From Octopus sinensis (Eukaryota), in assembly GCF_006345805.1 (NCBI RefSeq), contig NC_043005.1:70060001-70124000 (forward strand): a DNA stretch of 64,000 nucleotides. Reading direction: 5' to 3'. Each line of letters opens with the position of its first letter. Within the stretch, counting starts at the first letter, position 1. Made by a program: the position numbers and the translations under genes. The notes under the pieces were generated by a model. It was not told the DNA's origin, searched no databases, and saw nothing but the letters and a program-made list of their open reading frames with translations. Shown here one piece after another: positions 63,959 through 64,000 of this stretch.

Positions 63959-64000
63959 CGTATGTATGCATATATGTATGTATTATATAAATTATGTGTG

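Overview
AT-rich, repeat-saturated metazoan DNA. The tRNA-derived SINE families and TA/CA/AAT microsatellites look cephalopod (Octopus-like); this is recognition by pattern, not a database result. I found no supportable host protein-coding gene, so the window is intergenic or intronic. Contents: about 20 SINE copies or fragments from four families; a young 5'-truncated CR1-clade LINE with an open 450-aa RT frame; relics of RTE, R4/Dong-like and L2/CR1-like LINEs; three Penelope-like retroelements (two Neptune-like, one Naiad-like); four Tc1/mariner relics; and many simple repeats. The main unexplained signal is a set of minimal type I hammerhead ribozyme (HHR) motifs. Four of them sit in two unrelated fold-back palindromes (25.35-25.8 kb and 56.47-56.79 kb) that share one architecture: (TA)n, inverted HHR arm, short spacer, HHR arm plus tail, (TA)n. 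The 56.5-kb copy has 151/151 identical arms and two intact-looking ribozyme cores. Other notable items are a C3-G8 to U3-A8 covariant HHR, a candidate degenerate HDV-like ribozyme, a 214-bp near-perfect inverted duplication and several template-switch-like scars. All structures were read by eye; no folding, alignment or database search was run.
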